DNA from: Limnochordia bacterium
GTDB lineage: Bacteria > Bacillota > Limnochordia > DTU080
Direction: 5' to 3'
Length of the DNA: 64,000 nt
Assembly (NCBI GenBank): GCA_050951545.1
Contig: JBMNJG010000005.1
Coordinates: 224,001-288,000 of the forward strand
This document shows positions 19,075 to 30,342 of this stretch, piece after piece (the first letter of the stretch is position 1; the number at the start of each line of letters is the position of its first letter). Made by a program: the position numbers and the translations under genes. The notes under the pieces were generated by a model, which searched no databases, had not been told where the DNA came from, and saw only the letters and a program-made list of their open reading frames with translations.

Positions 19075-19413
19075 ATGCCACGCGGTGATGGAACTGGCCC
19101 ACAGGGCTTCGGTCCCATGACAGGACGCGGCGCTGGTTTCTGTGCAGGATTCCCCGTACCAGGTTACCAGAACACGCCCGGATGGGGCGCTGGTCGTAGC
19201 GGTGGATGGGGCGGCGGCGGAGGGCGAAGACGTTGGTGTTACCGAATGCCTATGCCGTACCCTGCCGCATACGACCCAGGGTATGCGCCTGCAGCGACCT
19301 CCAGTGAGGCGGAGTTAGGTCTCCTAAAAGGTGAGGTTTCGCGTCTAAAGGGTCTGCTGTCTGAGATCAACGCCCGCATCAGGGAACTCTCGCCGAAAGA
19401 AGAGGCCGAGTAG
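19075..19413 (+). CDS. DUF5320 family protein
   Basis: MPRGDGTGPxGxGPMTGRGAGFC N-terminus, Gly/Arg-rich middle and C-terminal coiled coil. Confidence 0.88.
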   Translation: MPRGDGTGPQGFGPMTGRGAGFCAGFPVPGYQNTPGWGAGRSGGWGGGGGRRRWCYRMPMPYPAAYDPGYAPAATSSEAELGLLKGEVSRLKGLLSEINARIRELSPKEEAE

Positions 19414-19437
19414 ACTCTGTTTGACGGGGATCGGGTA

Positions 19438-19469
19438 GGATGACGCCCGCCCATCAGCGGGCGTCATCC
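19438..19469. terminator. Hairpin after DUF5320
   Basis: GGATGACGCCCGC-N6-GCGGGCGTCATCC. Confidence 0.7.
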
Positions 19470-19510
19470 CTCTTACAGAACCATGCTGCGAGCTTTCGCT
19501 AGCGACTCGT

Positions 19511-20151
19511 CTAGTAGAGAGCCCCGGCTCTTGACCAGTTATATCCGTAGAAGGAGCGCCTTTCATCTATGAACTCCCTAGCGTACGCAAGAACCACGAG
19601 TAGCAGTGGCAACCTATGCGCATCGAAGTCATAGATAGTGGTCTGATCGCAGTCAGCTGACACGACCTTCTTCTTTTCGAGACCGTATCTGGCGAGGGCA
19701 TCCACGACCCGCATGCACTGCTCCTCATCAAGGGCGCATGTTCTCTCTATCGCTGAAGGTGCGAAACTGAAATGCTGTTTCTCAGCGAGGAACGCCAGCA
19801 CCCTTAGGAAACCAGGTGTAGAGATGTCGCCAAAGAGACCTGTAACAGCACTGGTCGCATCTAGGACCGATCTCCACCCGTCAGGGGGATCTGACATCAC
19901 GACAAAACCGAAACCAGTGCGGATGTTGGTAAAGCCCCCAGTCACGATGATCCGTGATGAGTGCTGCTCTTCCTGCTTGGCCCTGTTCCGTTCAGCCTCG
20001 CTCGTCTCCGACAAGAGGTCAAAGGAGTCTAGCTGCATGTCCCAACATCGATCCATGAAGGCCCCAATGATGTCGCCGCCAGGCCCGGTCGGGTGACTCC
20101 CTTCTTCTTTCTCAGGCCAGCAATCTCCTCACCGATGCCTACATCGCTCAT
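19511..20151 (-). pseudogene. XRE-family HTH regulator remnant (internal deletion/frameshift)
   Basis: GGAGGT RBS then MSDVGIGEEIAGLRKKKGVT (start of an XRE helix 1). The HTH is lost, the frame stops at 20029, and the C-terminal part continues in another frame (19511-20056). Confidence 0.6.
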
Positions 20152-20415
20152 ATGCTGATCACCTCCGTGATTCTGAGGCTGGGCCCCGCAGCCGTGATGC
20201 CAGCATACTATCGGAGCGCAGTCGATAGCAACAGAGCGGGCATTGATTGCGGCGAAGGTCATTCGATACGCGCATACACGATCAACCAGCGGTTGAGCAT
20301 CTCGCATCGTCACTCAGATCCCCAAAGCCTCACGCATCCCCGCTAAGAGGTCGCATAATAGCCCTGACAAAGCCTGAGCGCCCCCTGCGGGGCGCCCTTT
20401 GTTAGCGACCTAGGC

Positions 20416-21045
20416 CTACTGACCCATCTGTTTCACTTTCATCAGCCGCGTGATGTTCGCTCGTTCAGCTTCATCGAGCTTCATGGTGATGTACCTTATC
20501 GATTCCTGCAGCTGCGGGATCAGCACATACTCCAAGGCATTCACTCGCCTACGGGTTCTCTGCAGCTCTACCGCCAGCAGCTCTGCGGCCTTCTCCAGCT
20601 CTGCCAAACGCAACAAATCCGGCATGGCAACACTCAGCGCCTTGATTGCCGCATCCAAGTCTGCTGGTGTGTGTGCTGGGCCGTAGGGATAGTGATCTGC
20701 TTCTCCCCCAACGCTCTCCCACGAGTGATCAAAGCGAGCAATCGGCACACCAACCAGCGCGTCCTCTCGCACGTGCACGTCAAGCTTCTGCTTCGGGAAA
20801 AGAAGCGCCTCCTCAATGACTGCAGGAGAAGCCGTCGCAGTGGCCATCACCATCGAGGTACTGACCTTCTCCAGCTGCGCTTCAACCTTCACACGCAGAT
20901 CTCGGCTCTCCCACACCAGCTCGAGAAAGCGCCGCATCAACTCATCATGCTTATCCTTTAGCAGCTTGTGCCCCCGCTCGGCTGTCTTCAGACGAGATCT
21001 GAGGCGCAGTAGCTGCATCCGGTTAGGGTTGACCCGCGTCTGCAT
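20416..21045 (-). CDS. ntpD: V/A-type ATPase subunit D
   Basis: NPNRMQL...RGHKLLKDKHDELM; TRRRVNALEYVLIP. Confidence 0.95.
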   Translation of the reverse strand: MQTRVNPNRMQLLRLRSRLKTAERGHKLLKDKHDELMRRFLELVWESRDLRVKVEAQLEKVSTSMVMATATASPAVIEEALLFPKQKLDVHVREDALVGVPIARFDHSWESVGGEADHYPYGPAHTPADLDAAIKALSVAMPDLLRLAELEKAAELLAVELQRTRRRVNALEYVLIPQLQESIRYITMKLDEAERANITRLMKVKQMGQ

Positions 21046-21049
21046 CGGT

Positions 21050-22438
21050 CTACTCTTCCTTTGACTCAGCCTGTGTGGGCAGATACTTATCTAAGAATGC
21101 ATCTCGGATTCTCTTCAGTTCTTGTCGCGGCAACATGCTTAGCAGCTCCCAACCCAAATCCAATGTCGCCTCAATGGACCGATTCTCGCCTAGTCCCTGG
21201 CTGACGTAGCGCGCCTCAAAGGCATCGGCAAACTTAGCTAGCAGCTTGTCTGTGTCCGTCAAAGCCGCTTCGCCTAAAATCACCGCCAACTCCTTTGCCT
21301 CCTTGCCTGTAGCATAGGCGGCATAGAGTTGGTTCATCGTATCCGCATGGTCCTCGCGCGTCTTGCCTGCGCCAATCCCCTTGTCTTTCAGACGCGACAG
21401 AGACGGCAGCACATCCACGGGTGGATAGATCCCTTTCCGGTGCAGCTCACGGCTGAGGATTATCTGACCCTCCGTAATGTACCCAGTAAGGTCGGGTATC
21501 GGATGTGTCTTGTCGTCCTCAGGCATTGTGAGGATGGGTATCTGTGTGATCGAGCCTTGGCGACCTTTCACTCGGCCAGCCCGCTCGTACAGAGTCGCTA
21601 GGTCTGTATACAGATAGCCCGGATAGCCCCGCCGACCAGGAACCTCGCGCCGAGCAGCGGATACCTCACGCAGGGCCTCGCAGTAGTTGGTCATGTCCGT
21701 CAGGATCACCAAGACATGCATGTCGAGCTCAAAAGCCAAGTACTCCGCACAGGTCAAAGCTACCCGTGGCGTGGCGATACGTTCGATCGCCGGGTCGTCC
21801 GCCAGGTTCAGAAAGACCACAGAGCGTTCCAGCGAGCCTGCAGCCCGGAAATCCTCAACAAAGAAGCTCGCCTCTTCAAACGTGATGCCCATCGCCCCAA
21901 AGACCACAGCAAAGCGCTCATCAGTACCTAACACCCGCGCCTGCCTGGCAATCTGAGCCGCCAGCTGAGCATGTGGCAGGCCCGAGGCCGAGAAGATTGG
22001 CAGCTTCTGCCCCCGTACCAGCGTGTTTAACCCGTCAATCGTCGAGATCCCGGTCTGGATAAACTCATCGGGGTAATCTCGTGCATAGGGATTGAGTGGC
22101 AGACCATTGATATCAAGCCGCTTAACTGCTACGGGACGTGGGGTGTCCCCGCGTGGTTGTCCCAGCCCAGTATAGACGCCGCCCAGCATCTCTGGCGATA
22201 CCGCCAACTCGATTCCCCTGCCCAGAAAGCGCACGCGGGTAGCCTTGGGGTTGATCCCAGACGACCCCTCGAAAAGCTGGACTAAGGCTGTCGTGTCTTC
22301 CACCTCGAGCACACGGCCACGCCGCACTTCCCCATTGGTGTCAATCTCCACCAGCTCTTCAAATGTGACACCGTCAACCCCCTCCACCAGCATCAGGGGC
22401 CCAGCGACTTCACGCACATTTCGATACTCTCTAAGCAA
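21050..22438 (-). CDS. ntpB: V/A-type ATPase subunit B
   Basis: [44 protein letters not shown]. Confidence 0.97.
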   Translation of the reverse strand: MLREYRNVREVAGPLMLVEGVDGVTFEELVEIDTNGEVRRGRVLEVEDTTALVQLFEGSSGINPKATRVRFLGRGIELAVSPEMLGGVYTGLGQPRGDTPRPVAVKRLDINGLPLNPYARDYPDEFIQTGISTIDGLNTLVRGQKLPIFSASGLPHAQLAAQIARQARVLGTDERFAVVFGAMGITFEEASFFVEDFRAAGSLERSVVFLNLADDPAIERIATPRVALTCAEYLAFELDMHVLVILTDMTNYCEALREVSAARREVPGRRGYPGYLYTDLATLYERAGRVKGRQGSITQIPILTMPEDDKTHPIPDLTGYITEGQIILSRELHRKGIYPPVDVLPSLSRLKDKGIGAGKTREDHADTMNQLYAAYATGKEAKELAVILGEAALTDTDKLLAKFADAFEARYVSQGLGENRSIEATLDLGWELLSMLPRQELKRIRDAFLDKYLPTQAESKEE

Positions 22439-24200
22439 CCTCTCCGCCTTCTCCCTTCACGGCTGCCACCTGCTTTGTGATGTCGGTATGAAGGGTGGCA
22501 AAGGCAGCCTCATCGTTTTCCTCTAGGTACTTCGCCCTGGCAATGGCCTCTCGCACTGGTAGATGCAACAGCTTCTCCAGGCGCACCCCTTGAGCCAGCG
22601 CTTCCCGCGCCTCGTGATACCAGGCCAAGATCACTTTGAGCATCCGTATCTGTTTCTCTAAGGACGTGTAGGTATCAACCTCATGAAAGGCGTTCTGGTG
22701 CAGGAAGTCCTCGCGAATGGACTTGGCTGCCTCTAGCACGAGTCGATCCTCGGCAGAAAGGGCATCAATGCCGATCAATCGCACAATCTCATCAAGCGAA
22801 GATTCCTCTTGCAGAAGGGCCATGCCCTGCTGACGCATGGTCACTGGCTCTTCCCCGTAGTGCTCCCTTAGGTACGTATCGATACGATCCAGATACAGTG
22901 AATAGCTGTTCAACCAGTTGATGGCCGGAAAGTGGCGCCTCGCAGCAAGTTTGTCATCGAGACCCCAGAACACCTTGACCACTCGTAGCGTGTTCTGAGT
23001 AACTGGCTCAGAAAGGTCACCGCCGGGCGGAGACACAGCACCAACCACTGTCAGGGTGCCAGTGCGGTCTCCTACGATGCGAGCTCTGCCCGCTCGTTCG
23101 TAGAAGTCGGCGAGACGTGAGCCCAGGTAGGCCGGGTAACCCTCTTCTCCCGGCATCTCCTCGAGGCGACCTGACATCTCACGTAAGGCTTCTGCCCACC
23201 GTGATGTGGAGTCGGCCATAAGGGCCACAGAGTAGCCCATATCCCGATAGTACTCGGCAATGGTAATGCCAGTGTACACAGACGCCTCGCGGGCTGCCAC
23301 TGGCATGTCCGAGGTGTTGGCGATAAGTACAGTGCGCCTCATCAGTGGTTCGCCAGACTTCGGGTCTTCCAGCTGCGGAAACTCCACCAAGACATCCGTC
23401 ATCTCGTTGCCGCGTTCGCCACAGCCTACATACACGACGATGTCGGCGTCCGCCCACTTGGCCAGCTGATGCTGCACGACGGTCTTGCCAGAGCCGAAAG
23501 GACCCGGCACGCACGCAGCCCCCCCCTTGGCCACAGGAAAGAAAGTGTCGATGATGCGTTGACCAGTGACCAGTGGCTCCGACGGGGCCAGCTTCTCAGC
23601 CACTGGCCGGCTTCGGCGCACAGGCCAGCGCTGCAACATCACGATCGGCTCCCTTTCGCCGTTGGGGCGCTCCAACTCAGCGATGGGCTCGGTAATGGTG
23701 AAATCGCCTTCCTTGATTGCGGCAATCTTGCCCTGCATGCCTTGTGGGACCATGACCCGATGCTCCACAATACTGGTCTCTTGCACAGTGCCCAGGATGT
23801 CGCCTGAGGCCACCTCATCGCCCGGTTTCACGCAAGGAGTAAACCCCCAGCGGCGTTCGCGATCGAGTTGTACAACAGAAATGCCCCTGTGGATACGATC
23901 GCCGAAGTGATCACGCAGAGCTGACAACGGGCGTTGGATACCGTCAAAGATAGACTCCATAAGTCCCGGACCCAGCTCTGCCGAAAGAGGCTCTCCAGTG
24001 GTGATCACTAGCTCACCGGGCCCCAAACCCGCCGTCTCTTCATACACCTGAATACTCACGCGCTCGCCGCGAATCTCAATAACCTCTCCGATCAGGCCCG
24101 CCTCGCTGACACGGCACACGTCGTACATCCTTGCCTCGGGAAGGCCTTCGGCAACTACCAGAGGTCCGGAGACTTTAACAATCCTGCCACCCATGTTCAT
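22431..24200 (-). CDS. ntpA: V/A-type ATPase subunit A
   Basis: [10 protein letters not shown]-loop, [21 protein letters not shown]. Confidence 0.97.
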   Translation of the reverse strand: MNMGGRIVKVSGPLVVAEGLPEARMYDVCRVSEAGLIGEVIEIRGERVSIQVYEETAGLGPGELVITTGEPLSAELGPGLMESIFDGIQRPLSALRDHFGDRIHRGISVVQLDRERRWGFTPCVKPGDEVASGDILGTVQETSIVEHRVMVPQGMQGKIAAIKEGDFTITEPIAELERPNGEREPIVMLQRWPVRRSRPVAEKLAPSEPLVTGQRIIDTFFPVAKGGAACVPGPFGSGKTVVQHQLAKWADADIVVYVGCGERGNEMTDVLVEFPQLEDPKSGEPLMRRTVLIANTSDMPVAAREASVYTGITIAEYYRDMGYSVALMADSTSRWAEALREMSGRLEEMPGEEGYPAYLGSRLADFYERAGRARIVGDRTGTLTVVGAVSPPGGDLSEPVTQNTLRVVKVFWGLDDKLAARRHFPAINWLNSYSLYLDRIDTYLREHYGEEPVTMRQQGMALLQEESSLDEIVRLIGIDALSAEDRLVLEAAKSIREDFLHQNAFHEVDTYTSLEKQIRMLKVILAWYHEAREALAQGVRLEKLLHLPVREAIARAKYLEENDEAAFATLHTDITKQVAAVKGEGGEVA

Positions 24201-24532
24201 TCCCCACTCCCAGGCAAAATGTCGACGCCCACAGCCTTCTCTGCCGCCCGGCGCATCTTTTCCATACCAATACCCAGACTGCCCTGGCTTCCCGGGATCA
24301 GCACAATGGCTGGCGAGGGCTGATCAGCATACTCATTGATGGTGTCGAGGATGTTGACAGCAGTCGCTTCAGCCACATACACAATAGCGTAATCCTTCTG
24401 CACGAGCCGCCGCAAAGCAGCGCGCGCCGCCTCCGAGTCCGAAACAGCTACTGCCTCACAGCCTAGCACCTTAAAACCCATCACGGAGGCCTTATCGCCA
24501 AGGACGGCGATCTTCTGTCTAGACATAATCAA
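24197..24532 (-). CDS. V/A-type ATPase subunit F
   Basis: KIAVLGD...GFKVLG; [10 protein letters not shown]; operon position. Confidence 0.92.
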   Translation of the reverse strand: MIMSRQKIAVLGDKASVMGFKVLGCEAVAVSDSEAARAALRRLVQKDYAIVYVAEATAVNILDTINEYADQPSPAIVLIPGSQGSLGIGMEKMRRAAEKAVGVDILPGSGE

Positions 24533-25628
24533 TGCGCTCCCTCAGCTGCTCCTCGCTCAATCCTGCAGATTTTCCTACGAGGATGAGCCGGATGAGGCGT
24601 ACCTCGCGCTCTTTGGCCATGAGATAGGCCCAGACAGCTCCCAGACCAAACGGCTGGAACCGCGCCAAGTCGAGGTGCCTCTGGAGAAACCGATCCATCA
24701 AACGCTCCATGCCGTAGAGGAGCCCCTCTTTCTGATAGGCTTGCCAGCCTTCCGCCAATAGTGGAGCATATGCCGTACCTACCAGCACCTGAGAAAGCGA
24801 CTCATAGCGCTCCTGCGGTTCCTCAGCTTCGACGTAGGCCTTAAGAATGTGCTGCGAAGCAATAATGCCCCCTGGAAGCAGGGCGCGAGCAAGGCTATCC
24901 TCTGAGCGCCCCGCCACCGCGAAACGGACGTAAGTGCTGAGATTTGTTACATCCGCAAAGCGCACGACCCAACCCCGAAGAAACACTGATTGGGGATGGT
25001 CAGTTAGGCTCATGAGGTACTGCTGGTAAAGCGCATCCACTGCATGGTCTATCTCCTCTGGAGCCTCGTAGAGCCGATAGGCACTTACCGCCGCCCGTGC
25101 TGCTCGAAGCAGGTGCGCCTTGAGCTCCTTGGAGTCAGTGACATCGTCAGCATCCGTCTCGAGCTCTTCTTCTATGGCCCGACGTGCAGTCTCTTGCAGC
25201 CATGCGCGTTCCACGGATGTCCATAGTGGCAGAAGCCTGTCGTCAACAGTCTCCTGCTGAAAACCTGCCTTCAGCAGCATCTTGAGCGCCAGAAAGGCAT
25301 ACCGCGCCACCCACATCCTCAGAAGTTCTGACTGCGGAGCAAAGGACGTAACCGAGGCGTAAACCCGCTGCAACTCAGCGGAGAGCATCAGCTCATAGTC
25401 GTCAGTTTCCTCCATGGTAGCCATAGCCGAGGCATACTCTGTATCGGCAAGGACACGCAAACCCGCATGTACGCTTGGCGCAGTGAGCAAGCGCTCAACA
25501 TCGCCTCTACTGAGCATGCGTTGCTCGAGCATGCGCACCCTAGCGCTTGCATAGGCAAAAGGCACATCCGCCGTATTGCTCATCTGTATAGCTTGAGAGC
25601 CAGCAAGCACAAACCTGCCCCCTAGCAC
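24519..25628 (-). CDS. ntpC: V/A-type ATPase subunit C
   Basis: YASARVRMLEQRML N-terminus and AYLMAKEREVRLIRLILVGK C-terminus; start uncertain. Confidence 0.9.
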   Translation of the reverse strand: MLGGRFVLAGSQAIQMSNTADVPFAYASARVRMLEQRMLSRGDVERLLTAPSVHAGLRVLADTEYASAMATMEETDDYELMLSAELQRVYASVTSFAPQSELLRMWVARYAFLALKMLLKAGFQQETVDDRLLPLWTSVERAWLQETARRAIEEELETDADDVTDSKELKAHLLRAARAAVSAYRLYEAPEEIDHAVDALYQQYLMSLTDHPQSVFLRGWVVRFADVTNLSTYVRFAVAGRSEDSLARALLPGGIIASQHILKAYVEAEEPQERYESLSQVLVGTAYAPLLAEGWQAYQKEGLLYGMERLMDRFLQRHLDLARFQPFGLGAVWAYLMAKEREVRLIRLILVGKSAGLSEEQLRERIDYV

Positions 25629-25646
25629 GTACTGGAAAAGCCTACC

Positions 25647-26258
25647 CTAACGGTCGTTCTCAAAGAGAACCCGCGCTATCTCCGGCTCGAGCAGTTCACC
25701 TGCGTTAGCCAGCAAGCGCTCCAGCGAGGCATCTACCTCGAAGTCGGCTCCAATAAGCCTGAAGCCCCCCGACATGAAGCCCGCATCAGGTGCTATACGA
25801 AGCCGAATGTGATAGCCTTTGGCTATCAACGCCGTTTCTACCTTGCGCAAGAGGTCGTCTCCAAAACGGGAGCGATCTCTCTCGTTGAGTACCACATGGG
25901 CCTCGCCTTGATGAGGTACAGCTTCCTGCAAGAGTTTAACCAAGAAGTCCCGATAGCGCTCTTCGGGCAACTCCTCTAGCATGACACCAGCTCTACGCAT
26001 CGCCTCATCAGCAAGTTCGGCCTTAGCGCTCACACTGATGCGTCGCCGCATCAGTCTCGCCTCAGCTTCCGTGCGGCGGTGAAGCTCCTCAATCTCCTGA
26101 TCTACACCAGCGAGAATCTCTGCCTTGACTTCCTCAGCCTTGTTCCGGGCAGCAGCCTCGATGGCAGCCACCTTGCCCTCCGTGTCGGTCCGGATGACCT
26201 CGATCTCGGCAGTGGCTTCCTCCTGCAGCGTCTCTCTCAGTCTCTTCAGGCTGAACAT
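25647..26258 (-). CDS. ntpE: V/A-type ATPase subunit E
   Basis: N-terminal coiled coil, MSGGFRL...EVDASLE, operon position. Confidence 0.88.
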   Translation of the reverse strand: MFSLKRLRETLQEEATAEIEVIRTDTEGKVAAIEAAARNKAEEVKAEILAGVDQEIEELHRRTEAEARLMRRRISVSAKAELADEAMRRAGVMLEELPEERYRDFLVKLLQEAVPHQGEAHVVLNERDRSRFGDDLLRKVETALIAKGYHIRLRIAPDAGFMSGGFRLIGADFEVDASLERLLANAGELLEPEIARVLFENDR

Positions 26259-26278
26259 AAACCTATCCTCTCACAGCT

Positions 26279-26770
<492 letters not shown>

Positions 26771-26807
26771 TTATGGTCGGGCGCCCATGCGTGTGCTCCC
26801 CGATGAC

Positions 26808-28797
26808 CTACTTTTTCGAAGGTGTTGCTACATCTGGTTGTACGACCAAGAAACGATGTCGCTCCGACAGCGGCTTGAATGGCTTTCCCCCTGCCTCCAA
26901 GAATTTGGTGAAAAACTCCACATACTGCAACCTGCTGGAGTGCACATAAGCACTGATCAGGTTAATGAGCAGATTCAGGAGATGTCCCACTACCAACAGG
27001 GCAATGGTGAGGATCCAGCCGAGAAACGGTATGGCGAACAACCGGCGACCCATGTCGTTGATGACCATGCCAATAACTCCACCTGCCATTCCCAGTGCCA
27101 ACAGGCGGGAGTACGACAAGGCATCGGACATATAGCCACTCACCCCGTACAGAGAGAGCAAGCCAGACAACAGACGCTTGATCGGGTTCCTCTCACGTCG
27201 CCCTTGCGTCAGGACCAAACCTGCCGCCCCTCCAATCGCCAGATAACGAGCGACAAGGCCAGCATGCGGCCACTGGGGCAGGTAGCCAGCCACCAGGAGT
27301 AGCACCAGTCCTGTAAGAAAGACGAGCCACAAACCCTGATCGCAGATAGCGTCGAACAGATGACCCTTTCGAATTGAGTCATAGCCCTTAATGGCCAAGC
27401 CCGCGAAGATCTGAATCACACCCAAGCCAATGGAGAGGACCAGCAGGGGAAGAGGATTCTCCATGGGGCTAAACCAAAGAGGCGGTATACCCAGCAGGTC
27501 ACCAAACCAAGACCCCGTAAGCGCTCCGGCGACCACAGTGGAGATACCGCAGATAGCGAGCATGTGCATCAGCTGCAACCCTAGACCCACCGCATTGGCC
27601 CGCTCTGGCCAACCAGAGGCTCAGTATGCTAAGCACGATGCCATAGCCTGCGTCCCCGAGAGCCAAGCCAAAAAAGATGAAGAAAAACGGCGCCAAAAAG
27701 GGTGTCGGATCCAGAGCGCCTGGCTGGGGCAGACCAGCCACGCGCGTTACCACCTCAAAGGGCCGAATAACGCGTGGGTTCTCAATATCCACGGGATGCG
27801 GCTCATCAGGGCCAGGCGGCTCATCTTCCACCACAATTGCCGGAGACACCTCAGACATAGCCAAGCGCAGGCTCTCGATATCACGAAGGCGCGCCCAGCC
27901 ACGCATCACGAATAGGCGTGAAGTGTAGCCCAAAAGGCTTTTCGTCTCCTCGCGCTCAATATGGTTGCGCAGTTCATCTTCTCTGGCATAAAGAGCCAAC
28001 CGCTCTTCCACCAGCGTGCTGACAGCGCTAATAGCCTCTTCCTGCTCTGCGGCGATCGTCTGTAACCGCTTCTCGAGCGAAACGATCGTCTCCGCTACTG
28101 TTGAAGTGGTGGACGGCAGCACCGCAGGTGTCCAATTCACGTCTCGCAGTGACGCCTGCAGCTGTTCTTCATACTTTCGTGGATAGTACAAGAGTATGGA
28201 GATGCCATCGCGCGATTCGGCGATCACCTCATAGCCTGCCGCAGGAGTAACCGCCTCTAGTTCCTGAGCAAACTCCTGTGCATTGTTTACTGCTATCTCA
28301 CCCAGCTGCACGCGAAACAGTTGGGTATCCGAGACCTCAGCAACAGCAACATCCAAAGCCTGCCAAGGGCTTAACGCCTCGAGATCCTCAAGTATGGTGC
28401 TGTATTTCACCTGGAGCCTTCGGAGTCTCTCTTTGAGCTCTTGCGCCTGGGACACAGAGGTCGCGGTATGCTCGCCTGACCCCGCCCAGCGCCGGTACTC
28501 GTTTTCCTCAACCGCATAGCGGACGCCTGCAAAAGTCTCAATGACTCCCCTAGGCGCTCGGAAATGCTGATCCAGCAAGTCGAGTGCTGAGCGCACCCGC
28601 GCCGCTTGCTCCTCCAATTGCACAAAGGAGTTGCCGCTTGGTGGGGAATCCGTGAACAGTGTAGTGCCCTCGGGCGAAAGGGTCTCCGCAACGTCATCAA
28701 CCTGCAGCACCTCGAGGCGCTGCAGCGTAGACATGACCGAATCCAGCAGCGATTGGTGACCGACAATGGTCACCCGGCGCATCTCAGCTACTGCCAT
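26808..28797 (-). CDS. ntpI: V/A-type ATPase subunit I, split by a +1 frameshift near 27603
   Basis: The N-part ends after DPTPFLAPFFFIFFGLALGDAGYG; the C-part in another frame carries SDALSYSRLLAL and HSSRLQYVEFF. Confidence 0.9.
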
Positions 28798-29110
28798 TGT
28801 CGCCAACAACCCTCTCTACAACCAGTCTAGCCGCCTGTAGTACTCGCGCTTCTGCCTGCTGTTTCATGGTGTGTGCCTGCTCTTGGGCTTGGGCTTGCGC
28901 CTCAGCCAGGCGTGTCTGTGCCTCTGCCTGTGCAGCCGCCAGCCGTCGCTTACCTTCGGCCTGAGCCTCACCGCGAGCGGCAGCCACGTGGGCAGCAGCC
29001 TCTTCTTCGGCCTTTGCCAGCGCCTCAGCTGCCTGGCGCTTGGCCTCCGCCACCTTTTCGAGCATCTCAGCCTCGGCTGCGCGAATGATTTGTAGAGTCT
29101 CCAGAGCCAT
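28784..29110 (-). CDS. V/A-type ATPase subunit G/H (peripheral stalk)
   Basis: Ala/Glu-rich coiled coil; first gene of the operon; GGAGG RBS. Confidence 0.82.
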   Translation of the reverse strand: MALETLQIIRAAEAEMLEKVAEAKRQAAEALAKAEEEAAAHVAAARGEAQAEGKRRLAAAQAEAQTRLAEAQAQAQEQAHTMKQQAEARVLQAARLVVERVVGDNGSS

Positions 29111-29240
29111 CCAGTAGTACCTCCGCACGGTAATTCCTCTGCCACTTCGAGGAGGATAAGTGATATCCTCCCTTGAGACCGGGATTTCTCAGGTGATCTC
29201 CCACCCTCAGTCACACTGTATAGCAGGAGGCCTGCTGCGC

Positions 29241-30311
29241 TCACACGTAGGATCCCAGCCTCTTGCCCAGCTCCACAAAGTGCCGGAACTGCTCCAGACT
29301 CACACTCTGCGGCACGGAGTGATCAGAGCCTAACACGTAACCGCCTCCCACTTTCATAGCCGGGATCACCTGCTCCATCTGCTTCCAAAGCACTTCTGGT
29401 TGGTCAAACAAGGCCGCGTTCAACCCTCCGTGAAAGGCTAGGCGGTCACCATACTGCCTCTTGAGAAGCAACGGGTCCATACCAGCCTTTACCTCTATCG
29501 GATTTAGCATGTCGATGCCAATCTCAATCAATTCAGGCACCAGCGGGTTGATGTTGCCACAAGAGTGCAGCTGGACTTTCACGCCACGGGCGTGCGCCCA
29601 ATCAGCTGCCTTGCGGTGCACCGGTTTGAGTAGGTCACGATACATGGCCAGGGAGAAAAACTGCGTACCTTTATAACCCATATCATCGGGCCAGCGAATC
29701 TCGTCGAAGTGATACCCGGCCTCCCATACCATTTCGTAGAGGGCCAGATCCAGGTCCAGCTGATGGTTGAAGATATCCGTAAGCCACTCCGGATCAGATA
29801 CCATGGAGAGAAGGACCCGCTCTGTACCCACCACCCAGGAGTGCGTAACATCAAAACCAAACCACAGATTCGCTGTAATCCAGTGGCCTTCTTTGCGCCA
29901 CTGGCTGTAATACCGACGAAGCCGTTCCCAGTTCACACGATCCCGGGTGGGTGTCATGCGTGCCTTGGCCTGCTCCCACGACGGGCGATCCATTATAGTG
30001 AAGTCAAGAAACTCGGGAACTCCCCCAGCATGAACCCAGTTACGCATGGTGGCGCCCCACGCTGTTGTGTGCACCCGGTAGGCATCAGTCTGCTCAAGCG
30101 TTCTAACCTCGTAGCGAGGGCTATTGTCCACTCCAATGCTTGCGAACTTATCAAGACCAAAGTAGTCTGCAAAAGCCACGCGCTCTGGCATGCCTTCCCT
30201 GCGCCAGCGCTCGAGCGTAGCGTCCCAGGGAACGTCGGTGATAGGCACCCGGTCAGCCTCCTGATGAGCATACATGCGACTCATCCGCTCATACGTCGAC
30301 AACTCGCCCAC
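29241..30311 (-). CDS. Uroporphyrinogen decarboxylase/MtaA-CmuA-like family protein
   Basis: DRVP N-terminus, DDMGYK, LHSCGN, FHGG and GGGYVLGSDHSVP motifs. Confidence 0.85.
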   Translation of the reverse strand: MGELSTYERMSRMYAHQEADRVPITDVPWDATLERWRREGMPERVAFADYFGLDKFASIGVDNSPRYEVRTLEQTDAYRVHTTAWGATMRNWVHAGGVPEFLDFTIMDRPSWEQAKARMTPTRDRVNWERLRRYYSQWRKEGHWITANLWFGFDVTHSWVVGTERVLLSMVSDPEWLTDIFNHQLDLDLALYEMVWEAGYHFDEIRWPDDMGYKGTQFFSLAMYRDLLKPVHRKAADWAHARGVKVQLHSCGNINPLVPELIEIGIDMLNPIEVKAGMDPLLLKRQYGDRLAFHGGLNAALFDQPEVLWKQMEQVIPAMKVGGGYVLGSDHSVPQSVSLEQFRHFVELGKRLGSYV

Positions 30312-30342
30312 TGTGTAGCCTCCCTCCCCAAAACTGAGGCTG

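Noticed and set aside
20143-20156. Third CATATG operator box (GCTCATATGCTG)
   Set aside because: It coincides with the start codon of the XRE remnant and lacks the paired box and -35 context; probably chance.
27499-27610. Programmed ribosomal frameshift or phase variation in ntpI
   Set aside because: No slippery heptamer, homopolymer or repeat tract at the junction.
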